Below, piece after piece: positions 17,170 through 26,197 of a stretch of DNA of 43,751 nucleotides (position 1 is its first letter; each line of letters opens with the position of its first letter). The notes beneath the pieces were generated by a model. It saw only the letters and a program-made list of their open reading frames with translations, did not search any database and had not been told where the DNA came from. The position numbers and the translations under genes are program-made. The stretch is from contig CANSWQ010000001.1 of NCBI GenBank assembly GCA_947650775.1, forward strand, positions 1-43,751, given 5' to 3'. The DNA comes from an uncultured Mycoplasmatota bacterium. GTDB lineage: Bacteria > Bacillota_I > Bacilli_A > RF39 > UBA660.

Positions 17170-17659
17170 AATCTTTATTTCTACCTTTTAAATATCTATT
17201 ATCATTAAAACACATTTGAAAGTCTCCCCAAGCAATTATCATATTATCATTATCATTATCAAAAGTTAAAACATCCCCTAAGTTATACTTCTTAACTTCT
17301 TCTTTTAATTTTTTTAAATCTTTATTGCTAAATCTATCAGAAAAATACTCTTTCCATTCAGTATAACTTATATAACACATACAAGAATCTGAGTTACAAA
17401 CTGAATTATATATTTCCTTTAATAAAGGAGAACACTTTGAAAGTTTTGGTAAATTTATATACTTATCAAAATTATCATAAATATACTTCTTAAAAGTATT
17501 CTCCTTATTAGTATCATAGATTATATCGTGAGAAAAACTCTCAATAATATTTGCAATTATTTTATTATTTTGGTATAAAACTGCATTACATCTAATATCT
17601 CCAAAAGAACTTTTCCAAGAATCTAATATTTCTATTTTATGTTGTTTTTTATTATCCAA
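17159..17659 (-). CDS. Hypothetical cytoplasmic protein (Cys-rich centre)
   Basis: It is a 166-aa ORF in the operon with no recognised motif. Confidence 0.6.
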   Translation of the reverse strand: MDNKKQHKIEILDSWKSSFGDIRCNAVLYQNNKIIANIIESFSHDIIYDTNKENTFKKYIYDNFDKYINLPKLSKCSPLLKEIYNSVCNSDSCMCYISYTEWKEYFSDRFSNKDLKKLKEEVKKYNLGDVLTFDNDNDNMIIAWGDFQMCFNDNRYLKGRNKDYER

Positions 17660-17691
17660 TATAATATCCTCCTTAATTTATATATTTAATA

Positions 17692-18534
17692 CTATAACCC
17701 CATCATTTCTCTAACAACTCTATCGCTCATTTTCACAGTACCCACGAGTACAAGCATATTAAATATCAATTCTGCTATATATTTCCAAACCATAGTTGCA
17801 GCAGAAACATTAGAATCTACAACTGGAGGGCTAGATGCAAATAGACTAAATATAATACAAGCGATAACTACAATAGCTCCTTCCAAACACACAGCAGTAA
17901 AACTTTTAAAAAAGCTTTTTGCTACATTTTGAGTTGTTTCACTTGCTATTGTTGATAATGGAATCGGTGCTAAAGCTACATATAAATACATTTTAAAATA
18001 TCTACCATATACTGTTAAAATTAAAATAAAACTCATAATAGAAATAAATAAACTACCAATGAGTGTAATAGACCACAGAGGAATACTGTTAAGAAAGCCA
18101 CAGTTTTTTACAGCATTTATTATTTCTTCGGGTAAAGCGACTTGCGATACAACTCCAATGTTTGTAGTTTGCATAATAGTAGAAATTAAGCCTTGAGTAA
18201 TTTTAAATATTGCTAACATAAAATCTAAGCCATAAGTTATAAAAGCTTTCGATATAGCAAAGCGAAAAAATAATTTAAGGGCGTGTTCTGGCTTCTTAAC
18301 ATCTGTTAAAGAACTACAAGTCTTTACCACTCCCATTACAAAAAACAATACTAACAAAGCTAAAGCGATAGCTTTAACTGCATTATTTATTTGTAGAATA
18401 GCACTCCATATCTGTCCTCCCTTAAAACTTTGTGGAGTTTGAGTAATTAATTGCCAAATCTCTCCCAATTTGTCATTCCAAGTTTGTAACGAATTTTCCA
18501 AATTATCAATTATCCAATTACTGGCAGTAAACAA
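17692..18534 (-). CDS. VirB6/TrbL-like polytopic T4SS membrane protein (CD1112-like)
   Basis: It has about six predicted TM helices and sits between the pilin-like gene and the VirB3/VirB4 block. Confidence 0.7.
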   Translation of the reverse strand: MFTASNWIIDNLENSLQTWNDKLGEIWQLITQTPQSFKGGQIWSAILQINNAVKAIALALLVLFFVMGVVKTCSSLTDVKKPEHALKLFFRFAISKAFITYGLDFMLAIFKITQGLISTIMQTTNIGVVSQVALPEEIINAVKNCGFLNSIPLWSITLIGSLFISIMSFILILTVYGRYFKMYLYVALAPIPLSTIASETTQNVAKSFFKSFTAVCLEGAIVVIACIIFSLFASSPPVVDSNVSAATMVWKYIAELIFNMLVLVGTVKMSDRVVREMMGL

Positions 18535-18566
18535 ATAATCACCTCCTAAAGATATCTATATTAAGT

Positions 18567-18893
18567 TTAACCAGCTATCATATTTACAATTTCTTTAGCA
18601 AACATAATAATAACTCCTCCTGCAAGAAACAAAAAGCCATTAACTCGTTGGGAAGCATCATGACTTGGAAATGCAAGACCTATTTGAACAACAGCATAGC
18701 CAACAATAATCATACCTATTACTCTAGTTATAGAAAAAATAAAATCTGATAGGTTGTTTATAACTGATATTGGGTCATCAGTAGCAAATACAGTAGGCAT
18801 TAATAAAAATGTTATTCCTATTGCAATTAAACATAAATTATATATTCTAAAACCATATTTTAAAAATTTGTAAATTCTTTTTCCTTTATTCAT
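18567..18893 (-). CDS. VirB2/Maff2-like small membrane (pilin-like) protein
   Basis: It has a signal-anchor plus two hydrophobic helices (RVIGMIIVGYAVVQIGLAF...FLFLAGGVIIMFA). Confidence 0.5.
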   Translation of the reverse strand: MNKGKRIYKFLKYGFRIYNLCLIAIGITFLLMPTVFATDDPISVINNLSDFIFSITRVIGMIIVGYAVVQIGLAFPSHDASQRVNGFLFLAGGVIIMFAKEIVNMIAG

Positions 18894-18894
18894 A

Positions 18895-20679
18895 TTAATC
18901 AGTCCTTTCTTTTAAATAAATATCCATTTCATGACTAGAAATAAATTCATAATCATTAATCTCTGTTTTTAAATCTTTGTAATATTTTTGAATATTATCT
19001 ACACTATGAATATTAACTTTTTTATGTTCATAAGCACTTGCTCTACCATCAGTAGTAAGCTTTACATTAGGATGTTTTAAAATATCATATTTCAAATCTT
19101 TTATAGGACGCTCTCCTCTAACAAAAAGAATAGCATAATCATTATCTAACATACGAACTTCATCTGAGGTAAGCAATTCTCTACCATTAATTTGGTAATT
19201 TGTTGAATAATTACCATTTCTACCATGACTTTTTCCAAAACTATTAGTATCGATAGTACTTTTTCCTAACAAGTCACTCACATATTTATGTGTTGATTGT
19301 TCATTACCACCTAGATATAAAAAAGTATCACAATTCCCTACTAGTGATTCCCATTGTTTTTCAAATAAAGATTTAATCTGGGCTAGATTCTGTAAAATAA
19401 TTGATACAGATACTTCCCTAGACCTACATACACTTAAAATCTTATCAAAGTCGTTCGGTAAACTTACATTTGCAAACTCATCCATAATTAATTCTACATG
19501 AATTGGAAGCCTACCATTATAGATATGGTCTGCTATATAAAATAATTGCTGAAATAATTGCGTATATAAAATACTAACTAAAAAATTAAAAGACGTATCA
19601 TTATCAGGGATTAAAGCAAATAAGGCAGTTTTTCTAGTTCCAATTTTATCTAGTTCTAATTCGTCTTTTAAAGTTAAATTAGCTAAACTTTCCAAATTAA
19701 ATTTTTCTAATCTTGAAGCGAGTGTTATTTGAATAGACTTTAATGTCTTAGCAGAACCACTTCTATAATTTTTATAATATTTTAAAGCAATATGATTCGG
19801 CTTGTCTTTCTCTAATTTATCAAATAAAGCATCTAAAGGACTAACATAAAAGTCATCATCTTCTTTAACGTCGCCTGCCCTAAGCATTTCTAATATCATA
19901 GAAAAGTTTTGTTCTTCTTCTGGTGCTTCATACCATAAATAAAACATAAGTGCAAGTAATAACATACTTGCAGCAGTATCCCAAAATGGGTCATTCGATT
20001 GACTACCTTTAGGAGTAGTACTTTTAAATAAATTTGTAACAAGCCTTTGAACATCATTATCAGACTTTATATAAACAAAAGGATTGTAGCAATCACTTTT
20101 ATCCATATTTATTAAATCTAAAACTTTTACTTCATACCCTTTTTCTTTTAATAAATAACCAGTTGAACTAAGTAACTCCCCTTTTGGGTCAAGAATAACA
20201 TAACTGCAATTCGCTTGCATAATATTAGGCTTTGCATAAAATCTTGTCTTTCCAGCTCCAGAACCACCAACGACCAAAGTATTGAGATTCCTTCGATGCT
20301 TCCTTCCATCAAAGCCAATACAAAAATTTTTTGTTAAAATTTTATTATTATTAAAACTTTTATCTCTATACTTTTTACAAACTGATTTAGCAAGCCCCCA
20401 TTTTGCTGAACCATGTTCCTCACGCCAACGATAATTTTTTCTAGTAGAAAAATACAATATAATACTAAATAAATATATTAATAAAAAAAATAAAATAGTC
20501 TTGAAACTATTATTACATATTGCAATATCAAAAGGATTACTAACAACACTATTAAAATTTTTAATAATACCAAGTAATCCTTTATCAATATATGGTGCAA
20601 TTAATAAAGCACACCATATGACAGGAATTATACCAATAAAAGAAATTATTATCTTTTGATTTTTAACATCTTGATTCAT
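18895..20679 (-). CDS. virD4: Type IV coupling protein (VirD4/TraG family)
   Basis: It has two N-terminal TM helices, Walker A VVGGSGAGKTRF and Walker B ELIMDEFAN. Confidence 0.92.
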   Translation of the reverse strand: MNQDVKNQKIIISFIGIIPVIWCALLIAPYIDKGLLGIIKNFNSVVSNPFDIAICNNSFKTILFFLLIYLFSIILYFSTRKNYRWREEHGSAKWGLAKSVCKKYRDKSFNNNKILTKNFCIGFDGRKHRRNLNTLVVGGSGAGKTRFYAKPNIMQANCSYVILDPKGELLSSTGYLLKEKGYEVKVLDLINMDKSDCYNPFVYIKSDNDVQRLVTNLFKSTTPKGSQSNDPFWDTAASMLLLALMFYLWYEAPEEEQNFSMILEMLRAGDVKEDDDFYVSPLDALFDKLEKDKPNHIALKYYKNYRSGSAKTLKSIQITLASRLEKFNLESLANLTLKDELELDKIGTRKTALFALIPDNDTSFNFLVSILYTQLFQQLFYIADHIYNGRLPIHVELIMDEFANVSLPNDFDKILSVCRSREVSVSIILQNLAQIKSLFEKQWESLVGNCDTFLYLGGNEQSTHKYVSDLLGKSTIDTNSFGKSHGRNGNYSTNYQINGRELLTSDEVRMLDNDYAILFVRGERPIKDLKYDILKHPNVKLTTDGRASAYEHKKVNIHSVDNIQKYYKDLKTEINDYEFISSHEMDIYLKERTD

Positions 20680-21001
20680 TACTTATGCTAAAACCTTTTA
20701 TAGTAGTGCTTTTATTATTATCTTTACTAGTATAATTTATTATTTTAAGTAATAAATCATTAACTTCTGAACATGATTCATTAGTACTTTTTAGTTTATA
20801 GCGAAAATTATTTAAAGAATTAATAAGTATTTTGGACTCATAAATGTCAAACTCTATTTTATTATTACTAATTTTAAGTATCATTTCATCTATAACATTT
20901 GTCGCACGTTCTTGCATAGACATATAATTACGAAGTGAATTTAAAGAATTAATAATTAAACTAACTTCTTTACTTGTAAAGTCATATTTAATACTATTCA
21001 T
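20663..21001 (-). CDS. Hypothetical protein with an internal duplicated motif
   Basis: Motifs LIINSLNSLRNYM and ILINSLNNFRYKL both occur, and the ORF is coupled to the T4CP gene. Confidence 0.55.
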   Translation of the reverse strand: MNSIKYDFTSKEVSLIINSLNSLRNYMSMQERATNVIDEMILKISNNKIEFDIYESKILINSLNNFRYKLKSTNESCSEVNDLLLKIINYTSKDNNKSTTIKGFSISNESRC

Positions 21002-21002
21002 A

Positions 21003-21857
21003 TTATCGTTCCTGCTCCTTTGACCTATTATGTTTTAATCGAGCTTCTAAATATTGCTCTACTTCATTATTAATATCTAACAACACTCCCTTTGCAAGAG
21101 TTAAGTCAGAAATAATATCGTTATCACTCATAGTAGAATATTTTTTAAATAGTACATCACATACATCTATTTGAGGTTCTATTTGATATCGCTTACAACA
21201 CATAAAACTTATACAAGTTGCCAAATCATTATCTACAACATTTGTTTTATTATTTAATTTTATTTTAGCAATTTCTGTAATTACTGATTGTATTAATAAG
21301 TTAGCATTATCATGTTTACAAACATTGACAATATTATTATTTATATCCCATTCACATATTTTATTATCTGGTAATGAATCAACTTTTTTAAAAGGCACTG
21401 GACTTTTAGTTAAAAGCGCTTCCAAAACAAATAACTTATCATAGTTTCTAATAGATAGCTTAGAATCTGTTTCAGATATGTCTATTACTTCTTTAGCATA
21501 AACTCGTGTAATTGTTTTACCATTACTATCTTTTATGGGTTCTTTAGGGTCTAAAAGTAAAATCTTTCTAGGATTTTCATTAATAAAACTTACATCAGCT
21601 TCTTCCCACTTCTTTTGTTCTTTTAATTGAGTAGCATTAGGCATTTGACTAGCAATTAAAAGCGCATTACGTACCGTATACATATCAAATCTACTTTGTA
21701 CTGTAATATATTTTTTAAAAAAATCAAAATTAGTTTTTAGCTCATTTAATGAATTTGCTATAATTTTATAGGCTTTATTTCTTTGTACATTTATCTTACT
21801 ATCAAAGTTTTTATTATTTTGATTTTGGCTTATATTATCCATTACAGAATCTAACAT
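21003..21857 (-). CDS. Hypothetical protein; weak resemblance to the ArdC N-terminal ssDNA-binding domain
   Basis: The stretch YTVRNALLIASQMPNATQLKEQKKWEEADVSFINENPRKILLL suggests the resemblance, from memory only. Confidence 0.55.
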   Translation of the reverse strand: MLDSVMDNISQNQNNKNFDSKINVQRNKAYKIIANSLNELKTNFDFFKKYITVQSRFDMYTVRNALLIASQMPNATQLKEQKKWEEADVSFINENPRKILLLDPKEPIKDSNGKTITRVYAKEVIDISETDSKLSIRNYDKLFVLEALLTKSPVPFKKVDSLPDNKICEWDINNNIVNVCKHDNANLLIQSVITEIAKIKLNNKTNVVDNDLATCISFMCCKRYQIEPQIDVCDVLFKKYSTMSDNDIISDLTLAKGVLLDINNEVEQYLEARLKHNRSKEQER

Positions 21858-21858
21858 A

Positions 21859-22680
21859 CTATCTCTCCCTTTTCTTACTAGATAATTTACCTCTTTTAAT
21901 TTTTAAAAATCCTTGCTCATCAACACTAATTTCTTTTATCTTCTTAGTATCAAGATTAATTTCAATATACTTATCGCTTGTTTTTAACGTTTCTTTTTCA
22001 TCCTCAGATAAATTATTTTTTCTCATATCGGATATAATTTTATTTAACAAATAACGTACTGATGGTCTTTTGTCTTTAGAAGATACCCCTGAGTTCTGAT
22101 TGCTCTTTGAGTAAGGCTCGGACAGAGGGCTTTTTTCTGTCTTCGCCATCTTGGGGTTTCCCTCTTCTAATTTATCCTCCGTGTTTGATAATAAATCTTC
22201 TGCCAGACTTTGCTCATAAGTCTTAACTTTTATTCCTCGCTTTTCAGCATCTTCCAGCATTTCGTTCATTTTTTCTTTTTCTACTTCACTTTTAATAGAA
22301 GCAATATCTACTGCTGCTAACTTAAACTTTTCAACAATCCAGTTAACCTTGGTAGCATCTTCTGCTCTTAGCATTATATCTACAAAGCCATCTTTATTTC
22401 CTTTTGGTACTATGGCAGTATATAAAACTCCATACTTTTTGGAAACCTCATGAAACTTCTTTAACTGTTCTTTATCTTGTAAAGAAAATATTTTTAATTC
22501 ACTATTAGATTTTAGCATATTCATTAAGCTAGTTTTACCTTTAGTAGTTTTCTTTTCTTTTAACTTATTATAAATAAGTCCTGCAATATGTGAAGCTCCT
22601 ACTCCTGTAATACGAGCTACAACTTCAAACCCCTGTAATGATATTTTTACAAGTTCTTCTGCTGATTCACTTGAGTTCAT
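21859..22680 (-). CDS. PcfB-family (DUF3801) conjugation protein
   Basis: VKISLQGFEVVARITGVGASHIAGLIY...TKGKTSLMNMLKSNSELKIFSL...KKYGVLYTAIV...DIMLRAEDATKVNWIVEKFKLA matches the family pattern. Confidence 0.8.
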   Translation of the reverse strand: MNSSESAEELVKISLQGFEVVARITGVGASHIAGLIYNKLKEKKTTKGKTSLMNMLKSNSELKIFSLQDKEQLKKFHEVSKKYGVLYTAIVPKGNKDGFVDIMLRAEDATKVNWIVEKFKLAAVDIASIKSEVEKEKMNEMLEDAEKRGIKVKTYEQSLAEDLLSNTEDKLEEGNPKMAKTEKSPLSEPYSKSNQNSGVSSKDKRPSVRYLLNKIISDMRKNNLSEDEKETLKTSDKYIEINLDTKKIKEISVDEQGFLKIKRGKLSSKKRER

Positions 22681-23995
22681 CTTTTAATTTCCCCTTTCCT
22701 ATACTTTTCTCAAATTCTTCAATGTTTTCTTCCACTTCACCACTTCTTTTTATTATTCCATCACATAAAGTTACCTTCTTTCTAAGCGAGTTTAATTCAT
22801 TTTTAATAACAGATATATCATTTTTAATATCTTCATTTTTAGTTCTATTATATTTAATCCACAAATTATGTCGTTTTGCTTCCAATTCACTTATTTGAAT
22901 ATTGATACTATCTTTATAAAATAAAAGTTGCTCTTTCGTCCTTATTTCATTACTAGAAAGCAACTTAGTTTGTTCAGATAATTCTTCCATTCTTTTAATT
23001 TCCTCTTTAAGATAGGAAGAAACCTTTTTATTAGAATGTTGTTTTGGAACACTTTTTAAAATAAAACAATAATATTTATATTTTCCATATAAACTCTTTG
23101 ACTTTTCTTTCCGATATTGTTTTAACTTTTTATAAAAGTCTGGATTATATACCTCTATAAATGGTATTCTTGGAGCTTTAGTATTCTCAATCCTTCTCTC
23201 AATTTCAGATATAGAATAATCTAAACCAAAAGCTCTTTCAATTCTAATATTTTTTTTATGATTGTATCTTCTTATACTTAACTTATTATATCTGTTAGTA
23301 ACTTCATATCCCATTTTAGACATTAAGTTAAGAAAATCTTTATAAGAATAAGCCATACTTATAGCTCTATCTAAATCTTCTTTAGTTATGGTATGGTAAT
23401 TACTTCTGTTAACATAATTACCATAATAATTAGCAAAATTGATTTTACTTTTAGCACAAGTTTTTTCTTCTAGTACAGATAAACCATGTTCTTGACATAA
23501 ACAGTCTGACAAGTGTCTAAACTTTGCTAAGTTTTCCCTGTTGTCATAATACTTCTTACCATCTTTATAAGAAACAGAATTAATAACAAAATGATTATGA
23601 ATATGATTAGTGTTAACATGGGTAGTTACAACAACCTCAAATCTATCTCCCCACATTTCTTCGGCCAGTTTAATACCTATTAGATGAGCTTGGTCTGGAG
23701 TAACTTCTCCTTCCTTAAAAGACTGAAAAGCGTGAAAACCTAAAATTCCACCTTTTTTATTATATTGCTTTTTTGTATCTATCATATCTTCATATGCTCT
23801 ATGAGTTGAACAATTAAGAGATGATATATAACAACTCTCTTCTTCATTAAAACCAATATCTTTATATTCTTCAAGATTATGAAGTTCATGGTAACGTTCG
23901 TTATCATTATCTTTAATAGTTTTCTCTGGATTCATTATATAGTCAATAGTATGGTCTAGTCTTTTAGTAATTTTCCATATAGCAGTTGTAGCTAT
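22667..23995 (-). CDS. MOB relaxase (Relaxase/mobilisation nuclease domain); the true N-terminus probably lies 20 codons upstream of the first ATG, at an ATA codon
   Basis: It has the histidine motif HVNTNHIHNHFVINSV. In frame upstream of the ATG at 23935 the sequence reads ATTAIWKITKRLDHTIDYI, with GAGGAGAGG 6 nt before ATA-GCT-ACA-ACT. Confidence 0.8.
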   Translation of the reverse strand: MATTAIWKITKRLDHTIDYIMNPEKTIKDNDNERYHELHNLEEYKDIGFNEEESCYISSLNCSTHRAYEDMIDTKKQYNKKGGILGFHAFQSFKEGEVTPDQAHLIGIKLAEEMWGDRFEVVVTTHVNTNHIHNHFVINSVSYKDGKKYYDNRENLAKFRHLSDCLCQEHGLSVLEEKTCAKSKINFANYYGNYVNRSNYHTITKEDLDRAISMAYSYKDFLNLMSKMGYEVTNRYNKLSIRRYNHKKNIRIERAFGLDYSISEIERRIENTKAPRIPFIEVYNPDFYKKLKQYRKEKSKSLYGKYKYYCFILKSVPKQHSNKKVSSYLKEEIKRMEELSEQTKLLSSNEIRTKEQLLFYKDSINIQISELEAKRHNLWIKYNRTKNEDIKNDISVIKNELNSLRKKVTLCDGIIKRSGEVEENIEEFEKSIGKGKLKDELK

Positions 23996-24030
23996 AATTA
24001 TCCTCTCCTCTATAATTTACAACAAAAAAA

Positions 24031-24056
24031 GAAGTTAGCCTAAACTAACCTCAAAA
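24031..24056 (-). terminator. Weak hairpin plus U7 immediately upstream of the relaxase RBS (leader terminator or attenuator candidate)
   Basis: The minus-strand RNA reads GGUUAG-UUUAGG-CUAACU followed by UCUUUUUUU. The stem is only 5-6 bp. Confidence 0.35.
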
Positions 24057-24097
24057 TATATATTTCTTTTAATACACTGCCTGCTAATATCCCAAAT

Positions 24098-24110
24098 ATT
24101 ATATCACAAA
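24098..24110 (-). promoter_or_regulatory. Extended -10 promoter TTTGTGATATAAT between the methyltransferase gene and the relaxase
   Basis: It has a perfect TGnTATAAT on the minus strand, ~100 nt upstream of the relaxase RBS. Confidence 0.45.
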
Positions 24111-24141
24111 GATAATAAAAAAATATTTATAAATATCTCTT

Positions 24142-24828
24142 CTATCTTGTAAAAAGAAATGATTTATAATAAATTTGATTTGATAAACCTCTCATAGTAT
24201 TTTCGTTAGTGGGCCCAGTAATTTGGTCAAAAAGCCAATCACTATACCCATATTCATGCTCTTTTATATATTCCATATTTTCTATATCTTCATTATAAAA
24301 TCTATCAATAATATGCAAATCTTTATTTAAAATATCTCCAATTATAAAAGCACTTCTAATAATGTCTTCTGCATATGCACTCTCAAAAGATTCTATACTA
24401 TTTATTTCATATTCTAAACTTAGTAGTTCACTAAACTTATTTTGCATTTCTGTTGAGCTTAATGCCGCTGCGCCACCTGGATTCCAACAAATCACTAAAT
24501 CAATATTGGAATTAATTCTTTCAATTAATTTTCTACAATTCAATTCAGAGATTTGCCATTTAATAAAAACGACATCTTCATAACCATTTCTCGCCAATAA
24601 ATCTTTAGCTGCATTTATACAAAAATCATTAAACTCTATTACAACAACATTATGACCGTCTTGTAACAACTTTAACGTGCTTATTCCAGAACCACACCCT
24701 ATTTCCAATATCGTGTTATAGTTTCTAATATGATTTAACATCCAATCATATGTCCCATTAGAAGCTAAAACTTTAGAGTCACTATCCCATGCTTTAAAAT
24801 ATTTTTCATTATTCTCCATTAAACTCAC
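24142..24828 (-). CDS. Class I SAM-dependent methyltransferase, substrate unknown
   Basis: Motif I is ILEIGCGSGIST and the acidic post-I residue is VVVIEFND. It has no DPPY/NPPY-type DNA MTase motif. Confidence 0.8.
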   Translation of the reverse strand: MSLMENNEKYFKAWDSDSKVLASNGTYDWMLNHIRNYNTILEIGCGSGISTLKLLQDGHNVVVIEFNDFCINAAKDLLARNGYEDVVFIKWQISELNCRKLIERINSNIDLVICWNPGGAAALSSTEMQNKFSELLSLEYEINSIESFESAYAEDIIRSAFIIGDILNKDLHIIDRFYNEDIENMEYIKEHEYGYSDWLFDQITGPTNENTMRGLSNQIYYKSFLFTR

Positions 24829-24850
24829 CTTTGCATACAGATTATAACAC

Positions 24851-25189
24851 TTAATTTATTCTATTACTAGGAATATAGTTCAAATATTTTAATTTTAAGT
24901 CATCAATTAGCTTATCCATCTTATCCACTTCTTCTTTATAAGATAACTCATCTATAAATTTTAAAGAATGAGCCTTTACTGCAATCTGATTTAGATTATT
25001 TGATATAGACCTAAATAATCTAATAGATTTATAAAACTCAATATCTGGTTTAGCTTTTAATTCATATCCTAAAACTAAACATCTTATAAAATCACTTTCA
25101 TTCATGCCTGCTAAAGAAGATTTTTCTTTTAAAGCATTTTCTTCTACATCATTAAACCAAAATTGCTTTTTATGTGTTCTTGTTCTCAT
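24851..25189 (-). CDS. mobC: MobC-family relaxosome accessory protein
   Basis: It has an RHH-like N-terminus (KKQFWFNDVEENALKEKSSLAGMNESDFIRCLV) and the SNNLNQIA motif. Confidence 0.85.
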   Translation of the reverse strand: MRTRTHKKQFWFNDVEENALKEKSSLAGMNESDFIRCLVLGYELKAKPDIEFYKSIRLFRSISNNLNQIAVKAHSLKFIDELSYKEEVDKMDKLIDDLKLKYLNYIPSNRIN

Positions 25190-25239
25190 TATAGCCTCAC
25201 TTTCTATAAAAAAATTAGCAATTTTATGCTAATCTAATT

Positions 25240-25917
25240 TTAAATTAATTTTAATAAATCATTTTTTAGTTCTTCACTACATATTATCTCAATATATTCA
25301 AATTGTTTTTCTTTCAAAATACTATATGAATGTGAAATAAACATATCATATAATTTTTCGTTATGACCATTTATAGCTTCATGACTTGCTATAATCATAT
25401 CAATTTTAGGTACAGAAGTTAAGTCAAAATCAATCCCATTTATTTTCGCCAAAGATTCAATAAATTCCCTTTGACTTCTACCATTGCCCTCTCTAAATGG
25501 ATGTAAAGCATTTATATCCGAAAACAAATCTGCCAACTTATGAAGTTTGACATCATAATCATAAGTAATAAAATATTTTTCTTTTTTTAAATTACTAAAA
25601 ACATCATTTGCATAACTATCAATATATTCAGGTAAACAAAATAAATCTTTTTTAGAAATAGCACAAGTTCTAGGAGTGCCTGCCCATTCATAAACATCTT
25701 GAAATAAAAACTTATGAATAGATTTCAAATAATTAAAATCAAAATTACCTTTCATAGGTTTATCTATCAGCTCATCAACACGAAGTGCAACTAATTTTCT
25801 CTCCATCTCAAACAATACTATATCATCTTTAATATTTAATTTATTAATCAGTATATCAGTATTAGGATAACAATAAGTGCCATCATTAACATAAGAATAC
25901 TTATAGTTATCTTCCAT
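25240..25917 (-). CDS. Fic-domain toxin (FicT/VbhT class I type)
   Basis: It carries the Fic motif HPFREGNGRSQREF. AGGAG lies 5 nt before the ATG at 25917, and the ORF-track start at 25962 is probably too long. Confidence 0.9.
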   Translation of the reverse strand: MEDNYKYSYVNDGTYCYPNTDILINKLNIKDDIVLFEMERKLVALRVDELIDKPMKGNFDFNYLKSIHKFLFQDVYEWAGTPRTCAISKKDLFCLPEYIDSYANDVFSNLKKEKYFITYDYDVKLHKLADLFSDINALHPFREGNGRSQREFIESLAKINGIDFDLTSVPKIDMIIASHEAINGHNEKLYDMFISHSYSILKEKQFEYIEIICSEELKNDLLKLI

Positions 25918-26104
25918 AAAGACTCCTACACTGAGTGAGTATCTTATTACGTTCAATCGCATGAGTTGTTTTACCTATGATACAATTTTTTAAAATTTCT
26001 TTTTCTTCATCAGTAAGTGGCATACCCTCTTGAGCCATAGCACCATTTACTTTTTTTATTCTCTCATTTATTTCTTTTTCAGAAATATTGTTTTTTTTAT
26101 TCAT
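25907..26104 (-). CDS. VbhA-like Fic antitoxin
   Basis: It is a 65-aa ORF overlapping the fic start by 11 nt. The inhibitory-type motif AMAQEG has Ala where S/T is usual. Confidence 0.7.
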   Translation of the reverse strand: MNKKNNISEKEINERIKKVNGAMAQEGMPLTDEEKEILKNCIIGKTTHAIERNKILTQCRSLYGR

Positions 26105-26197
26105 AAGTATTACACCTCATTTTTTAACTATTAATATTATATCATAAATTGCTTTAAAATAACATCAATAATAAGCAATCTGATTATATTAAAATAA

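Noticed and set aside
22638-22898. An 86-aa plus-strand ORF antisense to the relaxase/PcfB junction
   Set aside because: It is an S/F/L-rich antisense artefact with no start context.
6891-24110. An identical 13-mer TTTGTGATATAAT at 6891-6903 and 24098-24110, considered as a shared regulatory element
   Set aside because: With this base composition, hundreds of chance 13-mer identities are expected within 43 kb on both strands. The identity itself is therefore not significant. Each site is kept only as an individual extended -10 promoter candidate.
24362-24583. A 73-aa plus-strand ORF antisense to the methyltransferase gene
   Set aside because: It is an antisense frame. The minus-strand product has a clear SAM-binding motif.
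25907-25962. The apparent 56-nt overlap of the Fic ORF with the VbhA-like ORF
   Set aside because: It is an artefact of the longest-ORF call. An AGGAG-preceded ATG at 25917 gives the normal Fic N-terminus and an 11-nt overlap.
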